A DNA stretch of 64,000 nucleotides, taken from contig JBGTES010000024.1 of NCBI GenBank assembly GCA_041747675.1, positions 8,426 to 72,425 on the forward strand. The letters run 5' to 3'. Within the stretch, counting starts at the first letter, position 1. Each line of letters begins with the position of its first letter. A program made the position numbers and the translations under genes. The notes below the pieces were generated by a model. That model saw only the letters and a list, made by a program, of their open reading frames with translations, did not search any database and was not told the DNA's origin. The stretch is from Flavobacteriales bacterium. GTDB taxonomy: Bacteria; Bacteroidota; Bacteroidia; Flavobacteriales_F; PHOS-HE28. Of this stretch, positions 47,812 through 55,959 are shown piece after piece.

Positions 47812-48090
47812 ATGAGCGAATGGACCCCCGTAAGTGAACGCCTGCCCGAGGATGGCCAACGCGTGTTGTGCTTCCTGCCGGAGAACGGCGTTTACCTGCC
47901 GGGAAAGTCGGGAACCACCGAACAACGTCAGGTGGTGGTGCTACGCTTTCTGAAGGACCACTTCTTGAAGCATAGCAGCAAGACCGGGTATACCGGCGTC
48001 GCTCACTTCTGGCAGGGTGAAGGCTCCAGGAACCACTTCTTCGCGGATGTGACGCATTGGATGCCGCTTCCACAAGAGCCGCAGCAATAG
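47812..48090 (+). CDS. small hypothetical protein (DUF551-like)
   Basis: 92 aa with conserved W/P pattern (WTPVSERLPEDGQRVL...HWMPLP). Confidence 0.4.
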   Translation: MSEWTPVSERLPEDGQRVLCFLPENGVYLPGKSGTTEQRQVVVLRFLKDHFLKHSSKTGYTGVAHFWQGEGSRNHFFADVTHWMPLPQEPQQ

Positions 48091-48104
48091 GGGTGGCTCA
48101 GAAT

Positions 48105-48135
48105 GAACGCGGAGGACCCTGGGCCCTCCGCGTTC
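48105..48135. terminator. strong GC hairpin between convergent genes (bidirectional terminator candidate)
   Basis: GAACGCGGAGG-ACCCTGGGC-CCTCCGCGTTC, an 11-bp perfect inverted repeat that extends to ~15 bp with one mismatch. Confidence 0.45.
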
Positions 48136-48156
48136 AGTGCTTATCGATGTTGCCTG

Positions 48157-48858
48157 TTATTCTACTATCTCGATAAGCTCGATCTCGAAAATGAGCACAC
48201 TGTGGGGTGGCAGATCACCCCCGGGGCCGCGGCTTGGTCCATAGGCCAGATCACTGGGGATGTGCAACTTCCATTTGGAGCCGGTGGGCATCAGTTGCAA
48301 GGCTTCCACCCAACCCGGGATCACCTGCGTAACGCCGAAGACGACAGGCTCACCCCGCTTTACGCTGCCGTCGAATTCCTCGCCGTTGATAAGTGTGCCC
48401 ACGTAATGCACTTTCACACGGTCGGTGGCCGTGGGCTTGGGGCCGGTGCCCATGGTGATCACTTCGTATTGCAACCCGGTTCCTGTGGTGGTCACGCCCG
48501 GCCGCTTGGCATTCTCCATCAGGTATTCCTCACCGACCACCCGGTTGGCCTCGCCCTCCTCGCGTTCCTGGGCCTGGCGCTTCTCCTGTAGTCGCATCAT
48601 GTAGTTCTGTACCACGGTCTGCATGGTCATCTCGTCCATTTTCACCGTGCTATCCAAACCGTCGCGCATGCCTTCCCGCATGGCATCCAGGTTCACACTA
48701 TCCAGTTTGGAGCGCTTGAAATTGTTCCCGATGTCAGCGCCGATGGCATAACTCACCGAGTCCATCTCGGTCTTCAATGGTGTGCGGCCTTTCTGGCCCT
48801 GGGAACAAGCGCTCAGGACGGTCATCGCCATTGCGGCGGATAGGATGCGGATGGTCAT
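48157..48858 (-). CDS. FKBP-type peptidyl-prolyl cis-trans isomerase (FkpA-like, periplasmic)
   Basis: Signal MTIRILSAAMAMTVLSAC. C-terminal FKBP domain GLQYEVITMGTG...VHYVGTLINGEEFDSS...LIFEIELIEI. Confidence 0.9.
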   Translation of the reverse strand: MTIRILSAAMAMTVLSACSQGQKGRTPLKTEMDSVSYAIGADIGNNFKRSKLDSVNLDAMREGMRDGLDSTVKMDEMTMQTVVQNYMMRLQEKRQAQEREEGEANRVVGEEYLMENAKRPGVTTTGTGLQYEVITMGTGPKPTATDRVKVHYVGTLINGEEFDGSVKRGEPVVFGVTQVIPGWVEALQLMPTGSKWKLHIPSDLAYGPSRGPGGDLPPHSVLIFEIELIEIVE

Positions 48859-48882
48859 GTGGTGGTTTTGAAGGGCGCGAAG

Positions 48883-49728
48883 TTAAGCGCTTCGTGACGG
48901 CGGTGCGGGCACAGCGCGGTCCGGGCCGGGCGCCAACAACCTCCGCAACGTCTTCTCATACTTCCTGAACCGTGCCAGGTCACCATGATGGCCCTTGGGG
49001 AAGGTGATCATCTCGCGCGGCACATCGGCAGGAATAAGGGCATAGAGGCGCAAGGCGCTGTTGTAGGGCACCATGGTATCGCGCTGACCATGGAAGATGT
49101 ACACCGGGCAGCGCACCCGTCGGATGGCCTTGTCGTTGCGAAAGGGATAGCGCAACAACACGCGGTACGGAAGGATCGGCAGGTAGGACATCGCCACGTC
49201 CTGAAGGTTGGCGAATGGCGTCTCCAACAACAACATCCGTGGGGCATGTATGGCTGATAGTGGCGTGGCCATGGCACTGCCCAGGGAGCGACCGTAAATG
49301 ATGATATCGCGCTCCTGCCATCGCTCCAGCAGGCTTGCGTACCACGCTTCGGCATCGGATAGCAGGGCAGCTTCACTAAGACGGCCGCGGCTCCTGCCGT
49401 ATCCGCGATAGTCGGGCATCAATACGTCGTAACCCAGCTTCGTGAATCGTGGCGCCAGCCGACCCCAGCGCCGCAAACTGCCGGTGTTGCCGTGGAAGTA
49501 GAGGATCACACCGCGCGGCTCTTCGGCCGGGAAGTACAATCCATGGAGGCGTGCGCCATCGGTGGCTGTAAGGAAACGCTCTTCATATGGGAACTGGAAG
49601 CGCCAGCGGTAATTCATCCCTACACGGAAACGGATGAAGATGAAGCGCTCCTGGAAGACCCAATAGAACAGGCACAGCAGCAGGTAACCCACCAGCAACA
49701 CACCCAACAACACCAGCAAGAGGGCCAT
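48883..49728 (-). CDS. alpha/beta hydrolase
   Basis: N-terminal TM. Nucleophile elbow GRSLGS within GVILYFHGNTG...GRSLGSAMA. D and H downstream. Confidence 0.75.
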   Translation of the reverse strand: MALLLVLLGVLLVGYLLLCLFYWVFQERFIFIRFRVGMNYRWRFQFPYEERFLTATDGARLHGLYFPAEEPRGVILYFHGNTGSLRRWGRLAPRFTKLGYDVLMPDYRGYGRSRGRLSEAALLSDAEAWYASLLERWQERDIIIYGRSLGSAMATPLSAIHAPRMLLLETPFANLQDVAMSYLPILPYRVLLRYPFRNDKAIRRVRCPVYIFHGQRDTMVPYNSALRLYALIPADVPREMITFPKGHHGDLARFRKYEKTLRRLLAPGPDRAVPAPPSRSA

Positions 49729-49770
49729 GGTGCGAAATTACCGGCCACACCGGCTTGGCCATCTTTGTGC

Positions 49771-50394
49771 ATGCCACGCCGGTTCCCCATCCTTGTCTTC
49801 GCGACCTTGATGCTCTTTGCGACAGGGGCGACCTTACAGGCGCAGGCGGTGCGTAAAGGCAACCTGGTCACCAGCCTGGGTGGCGGTGGCGGGATACTCC
49901 GGTTAAAGAGCGATGCGGAGGGAGTCAGTGGGCAGGAGGTGAACTGCGGTGCGGTGCGCTTCGCCTTCGCCCATGCCTTCAACGACCGGGTTTCGCTGGG
50001 ACTGCACTATGACCGCCTCGGCAGCGACGAGTCTGGGGCTCCGTTGGAGCGCCTGCGCATCACGACCTACATGTTGGAAGGGGTATGGCGCCCCTGGACA
50101 GGCGAGCGTGCCGCGCTCGAAGTCCATGCCGGCTTGGGCACCTCGATCATCGCTCTGCGTCCTTTGGCCGGCAGGCTCCCCTACACGGCCAACACCGGTG
50201 TGGTCGCAGTGGGCGCGCGTTACCTGCACTTGCTCTCCGGTAGCATCGGAGCTTTTCTGGCGGCAGACCATGCGCTTGCCGGTCAGGGAGCCCTGAGCCT
50301 CGATGGCAAGGTTCTTCGGGATAATGCGGGTGAAACACTCACCATGGAGTGGTCGTCATCACGCATGACGGCCGGCCTGCTGCTCCGCTTCTAG
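49771..50394 (+). CDS. outer-membrane beta-barrel protein (hypothetical)
   Basis: ATG 49771 gives MPRRFPILVFATLMLFATGATLQAQA signal. Alternating hydrophobic beta-strand pattern. C-terminal Phe. Confidence 0.55.
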   Translation: MPRRFPILVFATLMLFATGATLQAQAVRKGNLVTSLGGGGGILRLKSDAEGVSGQEVNCGAVRFAFAHAFNDRVSLGLHYDRLGSDESGAPLERLRITTYMLEGVWRPWTGERAALEVHAGLGTSIIALRPLAGRLPYTANTGVVAVGARYLHLLSGSIGAFLAADHALAGQGALSLDGKVLRDNAGETLTMEWSSSRMTAGLLLRF

Positions 50395-51164
50395 CGACGA
50401 TCACGCAGGAATACCAGTTCGGTGTCCGTGCTGTTCTCCGCACTATAGTGGTATCCATTGCCTGTGTACGACTTCAGCTTGCGCGGATCGAGAATGCGGT
50501 GTTGTATGATGTGCCTTGCCATGGCCCCGCGTTGCTGTTTGGCGAAGACCATCACCACTTTGTAGCCCGTGCCAGCTCGGTCCTTGAATACGGGGGTGAC
50601 CACAGTAGCGTCAAGTTCCGCAGTACGCACCGCTTTGAAGTACTCCTGCGAGGCCAGGTTCACCACCACGTTGCCGGTATGCTTCAGGTCGTCATGCAGC
50701 CCATCGGTGATCCGGTCGCCCCACCAGGCGTAGAGGTCTTTCTTCCCGCGGCCCATGGAGAGCGCGGTACCCATCTCCAGCCGATAGGGCAGGATGAGGT
50801 CCAACGGCCGCAGCACACCGTACAGGCCCGAAAGAATGCGGAGGTGGCGCTGCGCGAAACGCAGGTCATCAGCATCGAGTGAACGAACGTCCAGACCGCG
50901 ATAGACCTCGCCGTTGAAAAGAAAGGCCGCCAGCAGTGCCTTTTTCTTGTCGAAAGGCACCACCCATTGCTGGTAGCGCGCATGGTTCAGTGCGGCCAGC
51001 TTGGGGTTGATGTCCATCAGCTTGCCCAGTTTTTTCGCACTCAGGCCCCGCAGCTTGTCGGCGAGGGGAATGCTGTGCTCCAATAGCCGGGGCTGGGTAG
51101 TGGGTTTCACACTCTTGACCGGAGCCTCATTAAGGTCCTTGGCGGGAGAAAGGAGGATGAGCAT
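50391..51164 (-). CDS. yaaA: peroxide stress protein YaaA (UPF0246/DUF328)
   Basis: MLILLSPAKDLNEAP N-terminus and overall length typical of YaaA. Confidence 0.85.
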   Translation of the reverse strand: MLILLSPAKDLNEAPVKSVKPTTQPRLLEHSIPLADKLRGLSAKKLGKLMDINPKLAALNHARYQQWVVPFDKKKALLAAFLFNGEVYRGLDVRSLDADDLRFAQRHLRILSGLYGVLRPLDLILPYRLEMGTALSMGRGKKDLYAWWGDRITDGLHDDLKHTGNVVVNLASQEYFKAVRTAELDATVVTPVFKDRAGTGYKVVMVFAKQQRGAMARHIIQHRILDPRKLKSYTGNGYHYSAENSTDTELVFLRDRR

Positions 51165-51281
51165 GTGGGTGGATGGGCAGTTGTGGGGTTGAGTATGTTG
51201 ATGGTTGCTCGCAGCGTGAACGTTCTTAACCTGGCCGGGACCGCTCCAACCTGCAACCTGCAACACCTCAAATTGTGTTCA

Positions 51282-52022
51282 CTACTTCATGCCCCGCTGT
51301 TTCTGAATGGACTCATAGGCCTGTTGCACCTTCTTGAACTTCTCAGCGGCGGCCTTCTGCACTTCCTCGCCCAGTTGGGCCACCTTGTCCGGGTGGTACT
51401 TCATGGCCATGCGTCGATAGGCCTTCTTCACCTCCGCTTCGCTGGCGTTGGGTTCGACCTCCAGGATCTGATAGGCGGCCGCTGGATCCTGGGTACGGAA
51501 CATGGCGCTCAGTGATGCAAGATCCTTGTCGCTGATGCCCATGTCTCGCGCCATGCGCCGCAGCAGGTCGAATTCGAGAGGGTGTACGCGGCCGTCGGCA
51601 TGTGCAAGACCGATGAGGTAGTGCATCAACTGAAGCCTCGCGGGATGCGGCATGTAGTGCCTCACCTGCATGCATACATCGTGTACTGGGACCTCGCGCT
51701 TCAGCAGATCGCGTAGGATCATCAACAACTGACCTGCCTGTGCCTGGCCGAACTGCTGGAGGAAGAAGCGGCGTACGTGGTCAAGCTCGGCGCGCGTCAC
51801 CGTACCATCGGCCTTCATCAGCGCGGCCGAAAGCACCACCAGGCTCATCGCCAGATCACCGGCTGTGGTGGTGGTACGCCGGGGCCCTTCCTCGAGCAGT
51901 GTGGGGTCCTCCTGGCCCCGCATCCGATCGATCATGGAACCCACAGCGAAGCCCAGCAGCCCACCGATCGGACCGCCGAAAGCCCAGCCGAGGCCCCCTC
52001 CTATCCATTTGTTGAAAGCCAA
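51282..52022 (-). CDS. DjlA-like co-chaperone (N-terminal TM, TerB-like middle, C-terminal J domain)
   Basis: C-terminal J domain [30 protein letters not shown]. TerB-like central region. Glycine-rich TM N-terminus (M)[24 protein letters not shown]. Start taken as TTG 52022; the track ORF (to 52367) would overlap the TPM gene and read through the 8-bp repeats. Confidence 0.7.
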   Translation of the reverse strand: MAFNKWIGGGLGWAFGGPIGGLLGFAVGSMIDRMRGQEDPTLLEEGPRRTTTTAGDLAMSLVVLSAALMKADGTVTRAELDHVRRFFLQQFGQAQAGQLLMILRDLLKREVPVHDVCMQVRHYMPHPARLQLMHYLIGLAHADGRVHPLEFDLLRRMARDMGISDKDLASLSAMFRTQDPAAAYQILEVEPNASEAEVKKAYRRMAMKYHPDKVAQLGEEVQKAAAEKFKKVQQAYESIQKQRGMK

Positions 52023-52106
52023 GAGGTGTTGAGGGGTTGAGGGGTTGAGGGGTTGAGAGCCTGCCTGCCGCAGGAAGGGTTGAGGAGTTGAGGAATTGAG
52101 GAGTTC
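52023..52106. repeat. 8-bp tandem repeats (GAGGGGTT x4, then GGGTTGAG/GAGTTGAG x3.5) in two blocks
   Basis: gaggtgtt gaggggtt gaggggtt gaggggtt ... gggttgag gagttgag gaattgag gagttc. Lies directly upstream of the DjlA-like start on the minus strand (mRNA sense CUCAACCC repeats). Confidence 0.85.
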
Positions 52107-52185
52107 TCCTTTGTTTTTTCGGAGTGACAAGTTGCGTGTCCTGATCACAATTGGTAGGTCGCGGGATCGGGCATGGTGGATCACA

Positions 52186-52983
52186 TTACCATCTACCACC
52201 TGCACCGCCTCCACCGAAACCACCGCCGCCAAAGCCACCGAATCCACCACCGCCACCCATGCGCCCCATACCGCCACCAAAACCACCACCATGCCGGCCA
52301 TGTTTCTGTTGCGTTTGGGCCAGAAGCCACATGGCTGTCCAGAAGTCGACCTTGTTGCGGCTGGCATAGCGCTTCACGCCACTGCGCCAGCTAAAGATCA
52401 TGATCACAATGATCCCCAGAAAGAAAAGAAGCACTGGCCAGGGCACGGAGCGTTTACCATAGCTCTTCTCATCGAACTCACCCTTGGCCAGCGCCATCAA
52501 CACATCGGTGGCCTGGTCCACGCCCTGGAAGTAACGCCCCTCCCGGAAGTGCGGGATCGCCTCACGGTCCACGATCCGTTTGGCGGTAAGGTCGGGGATG
52601 ACACCTTCCAGCCCATAGCCCACGGCGATGAACAGGGCGCGCTCGCCGGGTTTGCCGAAAGGCTTCACCAGGAAGACGATGCCATTGTCGAAGCCCTTCT
52701 TCCCGATGCCCCACTGTTCGCCCACTTCGAACGCCAGGTCCGACTCGGGGTAGCCACACAGCGTATCCACCACCAGCACCAATAGCTGGTTGCTGGTCTC
52801 CCGTGCGAATTCCACCAGTTTCGCATTGAGGCGTTCCACCTCATTGGGTTTGAGCCAGGGCTCGCCGTACTGCCATACCAATTTGTCCTGTTGGCGCTCG
52901 GGTGGCGGCTTCAGGCCGCAGTCGAATTGCGCGGCCCGTGCGGTGCCGAACAGCAACAGCGTGACGAGCAACAGGATCCTCAT
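52186..52983 (-). CDS. TPM domain-containing protein (YgcG-like) with TM helix and Gly-rich C-terminal tail
   Basis: Signal [23 protein letters not shown]18.3 fold motifs (LLVLVVDTL...GIVFLV). C-terminal tail [32 protein letters not shown]. Confidence 0.8.
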   Translation of the reverse strand: MRILLLVTLLLFGTARAAQFDCGLKPPPERQQDKLVWQYGEPWLKPNEVERLNAKLVEFARETSNQLLVLVVDTLCGYPESDLAFEVGEQWGIGKKGFDNGIVFLVKPFGKPGERALFIAVGYGLEGVIPDLTAKRIVDREAIPHFREGRYFQGVDQATDVLMALAKGEFDEKSYGKRSVPWPVLLFFLGIIVIMIFSWRSGVKRYASRNKVDFWTAMWLLAQTQQKHGRHGGGFGGGMGRMGGGGGFGGFGGGGFGGGGAGGRW

Positions 52984-53423
52984 CGCGTGCCGATGCTCAC
53001 TTCGTTGCTCAATTCATCCCTGTCATCACCGCGCACGGGGAAATAGGCCGATAGCTGAGAAGCCACCATGTGCACGGCCTCGCAAAGTCCTTCAGCCCGC
53101 CTTCCGGCCGCGAAGTGCAGCTTCATCACACCTACGGCACGGTCCCAATAGCCTTCAGGTACCCGATCGTTGATGCCCTTGTCGCCAACCACGGCAACCA
53201 AACGGTCGGCCACAGATATATAAATGAGCACGCCGTTGCGTTCGCGTGTATGCTGCATGCCCAGTTCTTCAAAAAGGTACACGGCATGGTCCAGCACATC
53301 CTCTTCGATGTGATCCTCCAGGTGCACCCGGATCTCGCCACTGGTGCGCTGCTCAGCCTCTCCGATGGCCCGTGCCACCAGGGCACGTTCCTCTTTGGTC
53401 AGGAATTCCTCTGCGGTGAGCAC
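52980..53423 (-). CDS. TPM domain-containing protein (second, soluble)
   Basis: EIRVHLEDHIEE...VLIYISVADRLVAVVGDKGI TPM signature. GTG 53423 start sits 2 bp after the LemA stop. The track ORF extends to 53609 through an S/T/R-rich non-native stretch. Confidence 0.7.
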   Translation of the reverse strand: MLTAEEFLTKEERALVARAIGEAEQRTSGEIRVHLEDHIEEDVLDHAVYLFEELGMQHTRERNGVLIYISVADRLVAVVGDKGINDRVPEGYWDRAVGVMKLHFAAGRRAEGLCEAVHMVASQLSAYFPVRGDDRDELSNEVSIGTR

Positions 53424-53427
53424 GACG

Positions 53428-54012
53428 TCAGAATGCGATCTGTGGGGCCTGGTCGGTTCCCTCGCGTGCCTCAAAGTAGCCCTTCTCGGTAAAGCCGAAG
53501 ATGCCCGAGAGAATGTTGCCTGGGAAGCGCTTGATGCGCGTGTTGAAGTTGCGGGCCACCTCGTTGTATTTGCGACGCTCCACGCCGATGCGGTTCTCCA
53601 TGCCTTCATACTGGGCCTGGAAATCGCGGAAGCCCTGCACGGCCTTCAACTCGGGGTATCGCTCCACGGTCACCATCAGGCGCGAGAGGGCGCCGGTGAA
53701 TTGGGCCTGGGCCTCTTCAAAGGCCTGGATGTTCTCGGGGGTGAGGTTGTCCGCGTTGACGTTGATGCTGGTGGCCTTGGCACGCGCTTCGATCACACCG
53801 GTGAGGGTTTCCTGCTCGAAGTCCGCAGCGCCCTTCACGATGGCCACCAGGTTCTGCGTCTTGTCCGCACGCAACTGATAGGCATTCTCCACGTTGCTCC
53901 ACTGCTTCTTCACATCCTCATCCAGTCCGATGGTGCCATTATAGAAACGCATGCCCCAGAAGGCGAGAATGGCGATCACGCCCAAGGCTATCCAGAAACC
54001 CTTGTTCTTCAT
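53428..54012 (-). CDS. lemA: LemA family protein
   Basis: ATG 54012 gives MKNKGFWIALGVIAILAFW (TM). Then the LemA core QWSNVENAYQLRADKTQNLV...RYPELKA...NTRIKRFPGNI. Confidence 0.9.
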   Translation of the reverse strand: MKNKGFWIALGVIAILAFWGMRFYNGTIGLDEDVKKQWSNVENAYQLRADKTQNLVAIVKGAADFEQETLTGVIEARAKATSINVNADNLTPENIQAFEEAQAQFTGALSRLMVTVERYPELKAVQGFRDFQAQYEGMENRIGVERRKYNEVARNFNTRIKRFPGNILSGIFGFTEKGYFEAREGTDQAPQIAF

Positions 54013-54109
54013 GTTCTTGTGTAGTTGATGGGGCCACGAAGGTAATCGTGACCCACAAGCGCCGATCAAGCATCGTTCCAGCGCAGGATGCCTGTCAGCG
54101 TGGCAGGGC

Positions 54110-55174
54110 TCAACGCGTCACCATCAGGCGTGTGGACCAATGAGCAGTGCCCTGCACACGAAGATGATAGGCACCGGGCGCCAGACCTTGCAGGTCAAGT
54201 TCGATCACTGCGGACGGGCGCACCGGAATTCCTGCGCGCACCACACGGCCCATGGCATCGTGCAGGCTCAGATCGCCCTGCCAGCCTTCGGGGATGTTCA
54301 CCCGTACGACATCCGAAGCGGGGTTGGGGAATACATGCGGGACCGCCGCATATGCCATATGCCCAGGCACATCGGTGACATTGCCCGGACCATAGAAGAA
54401 GCGCGCGGCGTTTGGTACGCCAGCCACGGTGGTCACCGTGAGCACGGGGATGTCCATGCCCTGCGCGATCCACTTGTATTCGATGGTCTGCGGTTCATCG
54501 AAAGCGAATCCGAGTCCCAGCTGGTCTACGAACACGGTGTCCCAGCGATCGAGTACTGAGCGCACCCGCAACACGTCGAACGTATCGGCAGGCAGGTACA
54601 GGGTTCCCCAGCCGTCCACCTGGTTCGTGCGTGTCTGTGTCTGCCCAAAGAAGCCAAGGGTTGGCACTTCGATCTCGAACGCGCTGAACGAAACATGATC
54701 GTCTCCGAACTCCATGGGGAAGAGGTAGACCTGATCGACAGGGATCCGGCGCACCGAAGCAGGCAATCCGTTGATGGTGGCACCGAAGCCCACGTTGTGG
54801 AAGCCTGTAGGACCGTTCTTGAAATACTCGAAGACATTCTCAAGTGTGATGCCCTGCAAGTTCAGGTCGGTGCCCTTGACGGCGTAGCTGGCCGCATGCG
54901 CGGGATAGAGGACCGGGTTGTTGAAAAAGAACTGATAGAGGAAGGGCGTGGAGCTTACCAACACGGCCGTATCCGCACCGGGCAGCAGCGGTTCCAACTG
55001 TCCGTAGTCCCATACAACGCCGGGTCCTGTCTGTTCCAGGTCCAGCCCATCAGGCAGGGTGGTGTGGAAGCGCATGGTATCCCCTGCACTGGGCATGTCC
55101 GCCTGGCCAATGGTGATCTGGCCGAGCAAGGGTAGTTGGAGCGCAAGAACGCCCGGGAGCAGGAGGTGTCGCAT
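54110..55174 (-). CDS. hypothetical T9SS cargo protein
   Basis: ATG 55174 gives MRHLLLPGVLALQLPLLGQ signal. C-terminal sorting-type domain VFPNPASDVVRVNIP...RLMVTR. Confidence 0.65.
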   Translation of the reverse strand: MRHLLLPGVLALQLPLLGQITIGQADMPSAGDTMRFHTTLPDGLDLEQTGPGVVWDYGQLEPLLPGADTAVLVSSTPFLYQFFFNNPVLYPAHAASYAVKGTDLNLQGITLENVFEYFKNGPTGFHNVGFGATINGLPASVRRIPVDQVYLFPMEFGDDHVSFSAFEIEVPTLGFFGQTQTRTNQVDGWGTLYLPADTFDVLRVRSVLDRWDTVFVDQLGLGFAFDEPQTIEYKWIAQGMDIPVLTVTTVAGVPNAARFFYGPGNVTDVPGHMAYAAVPHVFPNPASDVVRVNIPEGWQGDLSLHDAMGRVVRAGIPVRPSAVIELDLQGLAPGAYHLRVQGTAHWSTRLMVTR

Positions 55175-55272
55175 GTGTGGCCGGATGGGTCGGGGATGGG
55201 CAAAGCTATCCGGTGGAGCGGCACCGCACAATGGCCCGGTGCTTGCCCGGAGGGGCGCCTACCTTTGCATCC

Positions 55273-55902
55273 ATGCGCATCCTGTTCCTCGTGCTGCTGC
55301 TTGCGGCCACTATAACACACCGGGCACACGCCCAGGAAACCAAACCTGATCTGGTCCAGTTCAGTGGCGTGGTGGTCACGGACAGCCTCACACCGGTGCC
55401 CTTCACCAATATCCTGGTCCGGAACAGCTTCCGTGGCACCATGAGCGACGTGTTCGGGTATTTCAGCTTCGTGGCGCAGGAGGGCGACACGATCCTGTTC
55501 AGCGCCGTGGGCTTCCAGCGCTCGCAATATGTGATCCCGCGTCAGTTGCAGGAGAACAAATATTCGATGATCCACGTGATGAGCCGTGACACGATCATGC
55601 TCGATGAGTTCAGCGTTTATCCTTGGCCCTCACGCGAGCAATTCCGGGAGGCCTTCCTCAACGTGCGTCTACCGGACGACGACTTCCAACTCGCCATGCG
55701 CAACCTCTCCCCCGCCGAGATGATCCAGCGCATGGAGAACCTCCCACCGGACGCGTACCAGAGCTTCTCATACCAGATGGCCATGGACCGCACGCAACTC
55801 TATTACTCAGGCGGCACCCCAACGGTGAACCTCTTCAACCCCATCGCCTGGGCGCAATTCCTGCAAGCCTGGCAGAACGGGGATTTCCGGAAGAAGGACT
55901 GA
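55273..55902 (+). CDS. carboxypeptidase-regulatory-like domain protein (hypothetical)
   Basis: ATG 55273 gives MRILFLVLLLAATITHRAHAQ signal. FSGVVVTDSLTPVPFTNILVRN resembles the CarboxypepD_reg beta-sandwich. Confidence 0.55.
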   Translation: MRILFLVLLLAATITHRAHAQETKPDLVQFSGVVVTDSLTPVPFTNILVRNSFRGTMSDVFGYFSFVAQEGDTILFSAVGFQRSQYVIPRQLQENKYSMIHVMSRDTIMLDEFSVYPWPSREQFREAFLNVRLPDDDFQLAMRNLSPAEMIQRMENLPPDAYQSFSYQMAMDRTQLYYSGGTPTVNLFNPIAWAQFLQAWQNGDFRKKD

Positions 55903-55959
55903 GGCGGGCAGTGGTCCGCTTACCGGGCCGCACCCTGCCCGCCCCGTACCTTCGGGGCA

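Noticed and set aside
52186-52290. Gly-rich GGGFGGG coding stretch at the 3-prime end of the TPM gene as a DNA tandem repeat or CRISPR-like array
   Set aside because: Low-complexity protein-coding tail (Gly codons). No repeat-spacer architecture. No CRISPR arrays were seen anywhere in the window.
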